Shown piece after piece: positions 56,555-64,000 of a DNA stretch of 64,000 nt (the stretch's first letter is position 1; every line of letters starts with the position of its first letter). The stretch covers positions 1 through 64,000 of IMG/VR virus record IMGVR_UViG_3300016471_000988, one strand, 5' to 3'. The stretch comes from a virus. The position numbers and the translations under genes were made by a program. Below the pieces are notes generated by a model that was not told where the DNA came from, ran no database searches, and was given only the letters and a program-made list of their open reading frames with translations.

Positions 56555-56862
56555 TTACCCTCAGGATTAATAGAATTTAGTATAAATTTATTAATAGCCG
56601 CTGATAGGGCATCAGCGTCCATTTGATTTGTTGCATGAACGAGGCTTATTGGTTCACGGTTTACATTGTAGCCTATAATAATAAATGCGCTCAAATATTC
56701 TGATATAAGTGCAGCCAGCGAACTTAGCGATTTTGCTTTCTCACTTTTTACATTAGACTGAACTGTAAGATATTCCTCCATGGCTGATTTGAGCAAACTT
56801 TCAATTTGCTTTCTATCCATTTTTACCATTTTCTGGAGATCTTTATCCTCAGGTGAATCCAT
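56551..56862 (-). CDS. hypothetical protein
   Basis: Start reassigned to ATG 56862, just after the upstream stop. Confidence 0.6.
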   Translation of the reverse strand: MDSPEDKDLQKMVKMDRKQIESLLKSAMEEYLTVQSNVKSEKAKSLSSLAALISEYLSAFIIIGYNVNREPISLVHATNQMDADALSAAINKFILNSINPEGK

Positions 56863-56866
56863 ACTA

Positions 56867-57241
56867 TTATTGGGCCGTTTGGGACGCTTCACTTGTATAT
56901 TTAGGCTTTTGCGTGTAATACGGGCTTTTTTCTGGCTTATTATTAATACCGCGTTGAATAAGATATTTGATAATAACTTCAATGCTATCCGTTTGAATAT
57001 TGTAGTTCTTATTAAAAAGCACACCGCCATCGTTTAGCTCGAACATAATATCACCATTAAATTCTTTATTAGTAAAACATGTAATAAAAACTGACGAGCC
57101 GCCTGGGTCGACTAAAACAGTCCATCGCCGAGGATCATGAATACCGTAACCATTAAACATTTTTAAAACGATAAAACCATTATCGCGCAATCTCTTTACA
57201 AAATACCCTGGTGTCTTAATTTTATTTTTTGGTGTATTCAT
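56867..57241 (-). CDS. hypothetical protein
   Basis: 124 aa ORF coupled to gp45. Confidence 0.65.
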   Translation of the reverse strand: MNTPKNKIKTPGYFVKRLRDNGFIVLKMFNGYGIHDPRRWTVLVDPGGSSVFITCFTNKEFNGDIMFELNDGGVLFNKNYNIQTDSIEVIIKYLIQRGINNKPEKSPYYTQKPKYTSEASQTAQ

Positions 57242-57966
57242 TTTACAAGAGACGATGCTATATATTTTGTTTTTACGATAGAGTCAGCAGTTTGAAACAC
57301 TACAATGCCTATCTTAGGATTTATCGTACATTCTAACTGCTTCACTCTCACACCGCTAATTATTCTAATAAGCTCAAAGTTCAAGCATAAACTCTGTAGA
57401 GGTGTGCCACTATATTCACACAAAGGTATGGACATACTGTCAACATTATGCCGGGCTTTGTCGGTTAAATCTCCAATAATCTTACCATTTTCCGAATACA
57501 AATAAAGCTTATTGCTTTCTGTGGTAAAGGTGCTACCTCGGAGTAATTCTAAAAGGGTTTTATACTGTAAAGTAAAAGTAATAGGAAAATCTAATGCACC
57601 GAGCTTCTCTACATTAATCTTAGGCTTGGTTACAATACCATCTTCTAGCAGATGATATTTAAAACGAATCTCCGTACCTGAATAGCTAATATTATTCTCA
57701 TTAACAGTAAATTTAAAACTATCTCCTGCAATACAATCAAACGCTTTTATAATTTTTTTAAGATCAGCAATATTTAAGTCTTTAGGTGTTTTGGTATCGG
57801 TTTCTGTTTTATATGTTGAGTGTAATATAACTGAAGAGTCAGATGTACAAACAACACTAGACAGTTCTTCTGGCGTTACTGTGATGACGCAGCTATCATT
57901 AATTTTACTTAAGGGTGATAGAAAATGATTAAGGAATAATTTTTTATCCAATACGTCTATATTCAC
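57238..57966 (-). CDS. gp45: sliding clamp
   Basis: 242 aa with clamp-like alternating pattern (LNIADLKKIIKAF, IRFKYHL, FTL..TLLELLRGS); replication context. Confidence 0.8.
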   Translation of the reverse strand: MNIDVLDKKLFLNHFLSPLSKINDSCVITVTPEELSSVVCTSDSSVILHSTYKTETDTKTPKDLNIADLKKIIKAFDCIAGDSFKFTVNENNISYSGTEIRFKYHLLEDGIVTKPKINVEKLGALDFPITFTLQYKTLLELLRGSTFTTESNKLYLYSENGKIIGDLTDKARHNVDSMSIPLCEYSGTPLQSLCLNFELIRIISGVRVKQLECTINPKIGIVVFQTADSIVKTKYIASSLVK

Positions 57967-57972
57967 TTAATT

Positions 57973-58000
57973 AGTATAAATTAAGTTTTTAAAATTGCAA
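57973..58000 (-). promoter_or_regulatory. sigma70-like promoter TTGCAA-N16-TATACT
   Basis: 6 nt before gp45 GTG. Confidence 0.6.
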
Positions 58001-58379
58001 TTATATCTCTTAATTTATCTAAGATGCTATCAAGCTTCGAATTAATTGTATCTGGTGTTATAGGTTGATTAAAGTCAAATACTAATTGATTAGGGTCCTG
58101 TTCTGCAGGTGGTACACTAACTACTTGTTGTACTTGTTGTACTGGTACTGACATGGGGACCGGGGCAGGCTGGTGATAAACAGGCGGCGGCGGTGGTGGT
58201 GGTGCCTGTACATTCGCTAAAACATTACGCAAATCCGTCTTTACCCCTCTAATATTGGAAGAACTTCCAACAATGTTTTTATCAATCTCATTTAACTGCG
58301 CGAGTGTAGAGCCAAGAAGGGATTTTAACGCTTCTTGAGCCTCAAGTGAATTAGGGTCTATTGGACGGAATGATTCCAT
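57981..58379 (-). CDS. hypothetical protein with polyproline linker and QLVFDF motif
   Basis: 132 aa, TAATG-coupled to gp32. Confidence 0.65.
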   Translation of the reverse strand: MESFRPIDPNSLEAQEALKSLLGSTLAQLNEIDKNIVGSSSNIRGVKTDLRNVLANVQAPPPPPPPVYHQPAPVPMSVPVQQVQQVVSVPPAEQDPNQLVFDFNQPITPDTINSKLDSILDKLRDIIAILKT

Positions 58380-59197
58380 TACTCAATGCCTTCTAGAAGC
58401 TTCTTAACAGTATCATCTTCTAGAAGATCTTCACCAGCATTGCTTGAAGTTTGTGGCTCTTTCTTAGGTGTAGCTGTAGGAGCGTCCTCAGTCTTATTGC
58501 AAAAATAATGTTCATTCAAAAGAGCTGTTAGCTCGTCATAGCTTTTAACAGTAAAGACTGACTCTAGATCTATAATATTCTTATAGATATCATCAATTTT
58601 AGATTTATCTAACCCCTCAATAGCCTTAGGAGTAGCAAACTTACTACTTACGTAAGTGGGGTAATCACCCTGTTGCTCGACCTTAATTTTTAAATTGCAC
58701 CCTTTGTCACTAAGATCGAAAATCTTAGGACCAAGCTCTTCAGCGTCTTCACCCTCTATGGCGTCAGTGATAATCTTATGCAACTGCTTACCATATCTGA
58801 GCACCATTGTCTTGCCGTTGTTTTCGCTGTTAGTCGGGTCGTTAACAACATACGCATTAACTAGCCACTTTTCTGCACGGACAATTGCCCTGGCCCTTGA
58901 CTTTTCGTCTTCTGTGCCAGTCTTTAACGTCTTATATCTAAACTCGGCGATAGGGTCTCGTGAGCCAAACGTCGAAGGACTAACAGCAGAAACATACTGA
59001 CCTGTGGCAAAACTAGTCCAGCCGAATGTATAGTAGTGAAAAAACGTTTTTGCGGGATTACTTACATTAGGTATAAGACGAACTGTGTATGTGTTGCCTG
59101 CTTCAAGCTTTAGGATGTCCTTATTACGATTTTGAGGTGTATTTTTGGAAAGAGCAGATTTAATGCTTTCAAACATGGTGTTAGTAATTGTACTCAT
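58379..59197 (-). CDS. gp32: single-stranded DNA-binding protein
   Basis: YTVRLIP, DPIAE, NAYVVNDPTNSENNGK..RYGKQL, IFDL..GCNLKIKV, YVSSKF; acidic tail. Confidence 0.93.
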   Translation of the reverse strand: MSTITNTMFESIKSALSKNTPQNRNKDILKLEAGNTYTVRLIPNVSNPAKTFFHYYTFGWTSFATGQYVSAVSPSTFGSRDPIAEFRYKTLKTGTEDEKSRARAIVRAEKWLVNAYVVNDPTNSENNGKTMVLRYGKQLHKIITDAIEGEDAEELGPKIFDLSDKGCNLKIKVEQQGDYPTYVSSKFATPKAIEGLDKSKIDDIYKNIIDLESVFTVKSYDELTALLNEHYFCNKTEDAPTATPKKEPQTSSNAGEDLLEDDTVKKLLEGIE

Positions 59198-59204
59198 ACA
59201 AAAT

Positions 59205-59232
59205 ATAATAATGGCTCTTTAAATTAAATCAA
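59205..59232 (-). promoter_or_regulatory. sigma70-like promoter TTGATT-N16-TATTAT
   Basis: 7 nt before gp32 ATG. Confidence 0.55.
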
Positions 59233-59912
59233 GAGGTTTTTTTAATTTTTATTAATCCATACATAGCGAGCTTTTTGGCTTTATCACTATTCAAAAATTT
59301 TGTTCTAAATACAGCTATTTGGTCGTAGATTTCGGGTATAGTGAAGCGAAGGATATCTGGGTCGTTTTCACTAAAGCATTTATCAAAATTTTCAAATGCA
59401 AACATATTGTATATGCTTATTTTGCGTTCTTTTAAATGAACAATGAAACTATTTTGAATACCGTTCTTATGTTGGGGGTAGTCAGTAGGGACAATGCCAT
59501 TTTGCTTGCAAAATTTTTGGATAAACTTTAACCCATTAGCTATAGCCATCAAATGATACAAATCATCAGGTGGTAGTAAGAGCTTCTTTTTTTGAGCTAA
59601 CGTATACACTTTAATAGCTTTAGGTGAAGAATAAAAAGCTAAATCAAACCCGCTTTCCCCCGGATAAATGGTATATGGCGCTTTAAAGTATTCAATCATA
59701 TCTACCGATTGGTTTCGAATAAAAAAGTTTTTAAGTCTCAGTACTAATGGGTAGTATTCAGTATTCTCAAATCCGTGCCATTGCTTCCGCAACTTGTATG
59801 GTAACCCACTTTGTGATCGAGAGATTTTTAAAAATGTATTGTAGATATTTTTTTCAGAAATTATTTTATTCTGTGGCTGTTCAAATATTTCATTATGTAT
59901 TTGCTCTTGCAT
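59229..59912 (-). CDS. hypothetical protein, positional gp59 (helicase loader) candidate
   Basis: Immediately upstream of gp32 as in T4; only weak resemblance (IYNTFLKI, LKNFF); start uncertain. Confidence 0.4.
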   Translation of the reverse strand: MQEQIHNEIFEQPQNKIISEKNIYNTFLKISRSQSGLPYKLRKQWHGFENTEYYPLVLRLKNFFIRNQSVDMIEYFKAPYTIYPGESGFDLAFYSSPKAIKVYTLAQKKKLLLPPDDLYHLMAIANGLKFIQKFCKQNGIVPTDYPQHKNGIQNSFIVHLKERKISIYNMFAFENFDKCFSENDPDILRFTIPEIYDQIAVFRTKFLNSDKAKKLAMYGLIKIKKTS

Positions 59913-60127
59913 AAAGAAGGATCGAAATCTAAAAAGATTCTAACTGCTGCAACATCACTATCAACATCTAAAACGTGCTTAAATAAATTTCTTACGTCCT
60001 TGTTTTGCAGATACAATAATAAGATATTTGCAAGGTTGTACTTCTTGTTCAAAACAATACAAACGTAACTACAGAATGAGCGAAATAAATGATCTGTTTC
60101 TTCTCTATAAATATTGTGAAAGTTCAT
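59861..60127 (-). CDS. small hypothetical protein
   Basis: 88 aa helical ORF between gp41 and the gp59-like gene. Confidence 0.6.
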   Translation of the reverse strand: MNFHNIYREETDHLFRSFCSYVCIVLNKKYNLANILLLYLQNKDVRNLFKHVLDVDSDVAAVRIFLDFDPSLCKSKYIMKYLNSHRIK

Positions 60128-60178
60128 GCTGTAGTAAGTAGTTACTAAAATTTATGTAACTGCAACATGAAATCACGG

Positions 60179-61534
60179 CTAATTATCGCCTAGAGCTGTC
60201 AACGTTTTCGAAAACTGTCGAGCCTCCTCACTTTCATTGATTGTGTCGTCTTCTGTTATCTGAAGCGTATTATAGTCTATCTTCAAAGCAATACTTCCGA
60301 AATTAGGACCGAATCGATTCTTAGTCATACCTATGTTTATAATACCTAGTTCTTTATCCTCCTCTTTTTGCCATATTGAAATAATAGCATCTGCTGTCGT
60401 TGCAAGACCTATACTTTCTGAGATAGTTTCAAGACCTGGGTTGTCGATATTGTACCCACTCCTGTTAAGTTGCGTAGCAGAAACGATAGGGCAATTTAAT
60501 TCATAGCTAAGTGCACGTATCTGCTGTGCACAATATAAAACTCTTTCATAACTATTATTGCCTATAGGGCTAGCAAGCAAATTAAGATAATCTAATACGA
60601 TAGCATCTGGTTTTATGCCTTTTTGGACAAGTTTTTTTACATATGCTTTTAATTGATGTGCGGTTAGCATAGAGGGTGGAAATTCTTTTATTATAATTTT
60701 TGGGCGCTTAGACTGCGCAAATTGCTTAACTAAGTTGCGAACTGTTTCGGATTCCTCTTTAAGATGGCTCAGGGGAACACTAGTTATAGCAGAAGATAGT
60801 CTTCTCGCATACATCATTTCACTCATTTCTAAAGAAATTAACAAAACGGTTTTACCTTCCATTGCAATATTTGTAGCTATGTTGCCTAAAAATATACTCT
60901 TACCAACATTAGTTTCGCCCGCAAAAACATATAGGGCGCGGCCATTCTCTAAAAACCCGCCGCCTAGTTTATTATCAAGCCACTTCCATCCCGTTTTTAC
61001 GTGAGGCTCTTCGGTGTGAAGCTCTTTAATAAAAATATCAATATCGGAAAATATCTCTAACCCTAAATGTTGTGACAGATTTATACCTACAGACTTTTCA
61101 ATTTTTTGAAGAAGATCCGCTGTATTCAAGTCCTTACTATCTAATTTTTCTGCAGCTTCAAGCAATGTATTGTAAACTGCCTTTTCTTTTAAAAACAATT
61201 CTGTATTTTCTGTAAGTTCTGCTTTATCAAATTTTTTATCTACATCGACAAACAACTCAACAACACGCTTGAATGAAGCGCGCTGCTCGTCATCTGTTAA
61301 ATATGCTTTAATTTCTGTGTGTGTTGGTACTGTGCCGCGTTCTTTAAAAAATTTAGCTATAATACCAACAATTAATTTTATATCTTTATTCTTAAAAAAC
61401 TTAGGCTCTATGTAATCAATAATCGATGCAAGGTACACTGAATCTAGCAAACAATTATAGATAATAATTGTCTCATAGAAATCTAAATCTAAAATCTTTT
61501 TCTTAGACTGACCACTTTTGCTTGAAATATTCAT
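60179..61534 (-). CDS. gp41: replicative DNA helicase
   Basis: TGWKWLD..LGGG, GETNVGKS, ISLEMSE, IIKEFP, LDYLNLL, ATQLNRSG, SESIGL, KNRFG. Confidence 0.97.
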   Translation of the reverse strand: MNISSKSGQSKKKILDLDFYETIIIYNCLLDSVYLASIIDYIEPKFFKNKDIKLIVGIIAKFFKERGTVPTHTEIKAYLTDDEQRASFKRVVELFVDVDKKFDKAELTENTELFLKEKAVYNTLLEAAEKLDSKDLNTADLLQKIEKSVGINLSQHLGLEIFSDIDIFIKELHTEEPHVKTGWKWLDNKLGGGFLENGRALYVFAGETNVGKSIFLGNIATNIAMEGKTVLLISLEMSEMMYARRLSSAITSVPLSHLKEESETVRNLVKQFAQSKRPKIIIKEFPPSMLTAHQLKAYVKKLVQKGIKPDAIVLDYLNLLASPIGNNSYERVLYCAQQIRALSYELNCPIVSATQLNRSGYNIDNPGLETISESIGLATTADAIISIWQKEEDKELGIINIGMTKNRFGPNFGSIALKIDYNTLQITEDDTINESEEARQFSKTLTALGDN

Positions 61535-62162
61535 TGCTCCTGTTCCATTCTATATCATTTATATCTCTTAATCCAGGACTTTCGTGATATAGAAATATAG
61601 GCCATACACCGAGTCTTAGCTTGTGCTTGTTGCAGGTTAAACTAAAGTCTATATCATAATGATGCCATTTAAAATTATTATCAAACCTGGCACCAGAATT
61701 GTGTATTTTATTAAACTCAAAGGCTAAAAACACACCGTCAAGTATTGCAACCCTATCTGGAAATGGTCCAAAGCTTGTCATAAGCATGTTGCCTCTGCCT
61801 GAGCTATGCGCGGCAATACCGCGATAGCTGGAAGGCTCCATCATCCAATGCCATAGATTTTTATCCTTAATAGTAGGCTCTCTCCCACCAGCAACGCCTA
61901 TAATATCGTACGATTTCAAGCCATCCTCTAAGCTATGATTTAAATTAGCATATCTTAAGGATATATCATGATGGCAAAATATAATATATCTGTATTTTTC
62001 ATTAGTCTTGTCATTTAAAACATTATTATAATATTCACAGAGCCCTACAGTTTTATTTTTATATAAAATGTTTAGCTCGACATCGTTAGTACCATGTAAG
62101 CTTCTTTCAAGCAAACAATCTGATTTTAAAGGACTTAAAGAAAATACCCCAATAGAACTCAC
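61503..62162 (-). CDS. GT2-like glycosyltransferase
   Basis: IFCHHDI, IIGVAG, LDGVFLA, FDNNFKWHHYDIDFS, HESPG. Start reassigned to GTG 62162. Confidence 0.8.
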   Translation of the reverse strand: MSSIGVFSLSPLKSDCLLERSLHGTNDVELNILYKNKTVGLCEYYNNVLNDKTNEKYRYIIFCHHDISLRYANLNHSLEDGLKSYDIIGVAGGREPTIKDKNLWHWMMEPSSYRGIAAHSSGRGNMLMTSFGPFPDRVAILDGVFLAFEFNKIHNSGARFDNNFKWHHYDIDFSLTCNKHKLRLGVWPIFLYHESPGLRDINDIEWNRSNEYFKQKWSV

Positions 62163-62168
62163 AATAAA

Positions 62169-62195
62169 ATTATAATACAAACTATAAATAATCAA
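62169..62195. promoter_or_regulatory. overlapping divergent promoters: TTGATT-N15-TATAAT (minus) and TATAAATA (plus, 62183-62190)
   Basis: Minus promoter is 6 nt before GTG 62162; late motif is 10 nt before ATG 62201. Confidence 0.55.
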
Positions 62196-62200
62196 GTATT

Positions 62201-63049
62201 ATGGATTTAGATTCAAAATTAATATTTGAAGCATATCAGTCAAGACTTGTCTCGGAAGCTCCTATTGAAATGGGTGGTAGTATAGACGTGACCCCTGTTG
62301 TAAAGAAAACTCTACCAGGTCAGGGTAAAGCATATGGCGCAGGCGCTATTGCTAAAATCGCTGCAGCAACAAATAAACCAGAAGCTGATATAGCTAAAGA
62401 TATGGCAACAACTATTCTCGGACATACAAAAGAGCGTAAAGTTGTAGATGGTAAAGAAGTATATTATTTTCCTGGCGATCCAAAAACATTTATAAACGAA
62501 CTCACCCCTATCTTTAACAAGAAGTATGGTATCCCTGCATCAATGGCAGGTTTTACAGTTAATTATATTTTAATATATCTGCTTAATGCAAAAAAGACAT
62601 CGGGCGGATTAAAAATGGATGCATCAAGAGTTAAAGCAGCAAAGGCAGCAACAGCTGCAGCTGCACCAAAAGTCAAGCTCGAAACGGTTTATGAGATAGA
62701 TAAATCTGTTAAGATCGCGGACAAGTCCTTAAAATCACTAGTACTCAGTTTACCGGATGAAGATGTACATGAAAGAGAGATTTTGAGTGTGCTTAAGACC
62801 GCATTAAGTGAATATAATGATAAACCTGGTATTGAACCAATAAAAGTAAAATCTTTCGATTTGCTGGATAAATTAAAAGCCATAGGAGTTGTAAAGGAAA
62901 AACAAGTCGAGAAGCCTGCCGCAGAGGGCGAAGGCACTGGCGAGGTAGAGACGATTGATGATTTTCCTGAGGGTGATGACGTTACGACAGTAGCTAGAGA
63001 GCTAGGTTTTGATTTAGGTCCGAAGAAATTTGATAGTTTTGATTATTAA
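62201..63049 (+). CDS. hypothetical late protein (candidate head-internal protein)
   Basis: 282 aa, starts MDLDSKLIFEAYQSRLVSEA. Confidence 0.65.
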   Translation: MDLDSKLIFEAYQSRLVSEAPIEMGGSIDVTPVVKKTLPGQGKAYGAGAIAKIAAATNKPEADIAKDMATTILGHTKERKVVDGKEVYYFPGDPKTFINELTPIFNKKYGIPASMAGFTVNYILIYLLNAKKTSGGLKMDASRVKAAKAATAAAAPKVKLETVYEIDKSVKIADKSLKSLVLSLPDEDVHEREILSVLKTALSEYNDKPGIEPIKVKSFDLLDKLKAIGVVKEKQVEKPAAEGEGTGEVETIDDFPEGDDVTTVARELGFDLGPKKFDSFDY

Positions 63050-63753
63050 GCAAAAAACGGACTGTCACAATCAAACATACCGATAGCAGTTATCCCTTCC
63101 GGTGTTATTTGAAATAAATGACCTTCAGGTAGTGGTTCTGAGTCTTTAAATTCTACACTACTAAATTCATTTTGTAAAGCATTTATAAAAACTGTACTAC
63201 CACACCGCGCTAAATATATATTTCGGTTATTTGCATTGAAGAGCCATAATCCAAAAGTACCCTGTAATAGGCCTAAGGTTTGACATAAAATATCCGTATG
63301 ATCATATTTGTGACCGAGTGTATCTAACATTGCTGCTACCATAAATGGTATAATGCTTGAATCAACAGGGTTAGGCCATTTTGGGTCAAAGTTTTCCTTT
63401 ATATCTTTAAAGTTTGTTAGCACACCATTATGTGCAACAACCCACTCACTAAAGCTAAATGGATGGGCTGTATCGCGTGAGTATTTTCTTTTTGCTGAAG
63501 TAGGTGCTTGAGTATGGCCGAGGTAAAATTTTGCTTCACATGGCACCTGAGTTTTTTGTTCTAATATTTTAAGACTGTTTACTAGCTCTTTTTCAGCCTC
63601 TTTTTTTGTTATAGAGCCGCTCCACCTGTGCACCACTAAATCACCTTGCGTAGTTAAAACACAAAGCGAGGTAGCGAACGTCCCTCGCTTTCTATTTAAA
63701 TCATATAATTCTAAATAGCGCTCTAATTCTCTAGCACCAAATATACCGCACAT
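63046..63753 (-). CDS. class II (Ntn) glutamine amidotransferase
   Basis: MCGIFG (N-terminal Cys nucleophile), LGHTQAPT, HPF, VAHNGVL, VDS. Confidence 0.9.
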   Translation of the reverse strand: MCGIFGARELERYLELYDLNRKRGTFATSLCVLTTQGDLVVHRWSGSITKKEAEKELVNSLKILEQKTQVPCEAKFYLGHTQAPTSAKRKYSRDTAHPFSFSEWVVAHNGVLTNFKDIKENFDPKWPNPVDSSIIPFMVAAMLDTLGHKYDHTDILCQTLGLLQGTFGLWLFNANNRNIYLARCGSTVFINALQNEFSSVEFKDSEPLPEGHLFQITPEGITAIGMFDCDSPFFA

Positions 63754-64000
63754 TTAGGTATTATAAGTGTCGTATTCAATTAATCTACAATTATACTTTT
63801 TCCAAATATTACTCAAATCCTGTTTGTAAGGTAGAGGGTCTATATAACCTGCTTTAGCAAACCCTTTGATTCGTAGCGCGCTGCTTGGAGAGTTAGCATC
63901 ACTTTTATTATTGCCTGAGTAGCACGTATAGGTTTTACTAAATTTTACCTTGAGTCTTATGCCTTCCTTGACAATATCAGCCTTATCTAAATCAATTAAA
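63754..64000 (-). CDS. queC: QueC (7-cyano-7-deazaguanine synthase)-like protein, C-terminal fragment, 5'-truncated by window
   Basis: Manual translation from 63999: LIDLDKADIVKEGIRLKVKFSKTYTCYSGNNKSDANSPSSALRIKGFAKAGYIDPLPYKQD... The stop TAA at 63756-63754 abuts the GATase ATG. Not in the ORF track. Confidence 0.85.
   Translation of the reverse strand, partial: LIDLDKADIVKEGIRLKVKFSKTYTCYSGNNKSDANSPSSALRIKGFAKAGYIDPLPYKQDLSNIWKKYNCRLIEYDTYNT

Noticed and set aside
60106-60113. Exact TATAAATA on the + strand, antisense to the replication operon
   Set aside because: No ORF follows (ATG CTG TAG); compatible with chance in AT-rich coding DNA. Similar orphan hits occur at 20777 and 23114.
48155-61534. 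Introns, inteins or homing endonucleases in gp17, gp61, gp41
   Set aside because: Normal lengths, continuous motifs, no splice-junction or HNH/LAGLIDADG/GIY-YIG motifs. The gp4 nuclease fold is a standard head gene.
1-64000. Other short track ORFs fully overlapping annotated genes (e.g. 2239, 3928, 18598, 30554, 34811, 51798, 58695, 60735)
   Set aside because: They lie within well-supported genes in other frames and lack motifs or promoters.
1-64000. Stop-codon reassignment (code 15 or 4), as in some large phages
   Set aside because: Core genes are full length in the standard code, and TAA, TAG and TGA all terminate genes.
1-64000. Giant eukaryotic virus (NCLDV) origin suggested by RCC1, FG-GAP, RFC-like and GT genes
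   Set aside because: HK97-fold gp23, contractile tail, T4 terminase and T4 replisome genes identify a tailed bacteriophage.
63046-64000. QatABCD or type IV CBASS defence locus
   Set aside because: No QatA ATPase, TatD or CD-NTase in the window, and the amidotransferase keeps the catalytic N-terminal Cys. Genes beyond 64000 are unseen, so this is disfavoured, not excluded.
1-64000. tRNA or other known RNA genes
   Set aside because: Intergenic gaps are under about 100 nt and none shows cloverleaf or T-loop signatures; tRNAscan/Infernal not run.

Overview
This is a 64 kb segment of a large, AT-rich T4-like myovirus genome, probably from an uncultured lineage; the host cannot be determined from the window. 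It uses the standard genetic code, and I saw no tRNA, rRNA, CRISPR array, intron/intein or mobile element. Left to right: (1) 3' part of a LamG-containing fibre/virion gene; (2) an AT-rich sugar-modification island (3 glycosyltransferase-like genes, a sulfotransferase, 2 radical SAM enzymes, a short DegT aminotransferase); (3) head module gp13-gp4-gp21-small core protein-gp22-gp23; (4) about 19 kb of large adhesin-like virion genes (RCC1, LamG, PKD, L-lectin, FG-GAP, InlB-B-like repeats) behind gp25-gp6; (5) a dut-gp44/gp16 insert; (6) baseplate/tail/terminase genes gp17-gp3-gp18-gp19-gp54-gp26/51-(gp29-like)-gp48-gp53-gp27; (7) gp14 and small late genes; (8) replication genes gp41, (gp59), gp32, gp45, gp61 mixed with a nucleotide-sugar reductase and a GT; (9) a class II glutamine amidotransferase abutting a QueC C-terminus that the ORF track missed. 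Most notable, by manual reading: late (ATAAATA) and sigma70-like promoters sit 4-7 nt from start codons, implying leaderless mRNAs across the window; two genes contain an in-frame nested gene with its own late promoter; several + strand late orphans share an N-terminal helix plus prohead-protease-like site (candidate head-internal proteins); an RCC1 propeller is inserted inside a fibre domain; and the QueC lacks three of its four zinc cysteines. All family calls come from motif recognition, not database searches.
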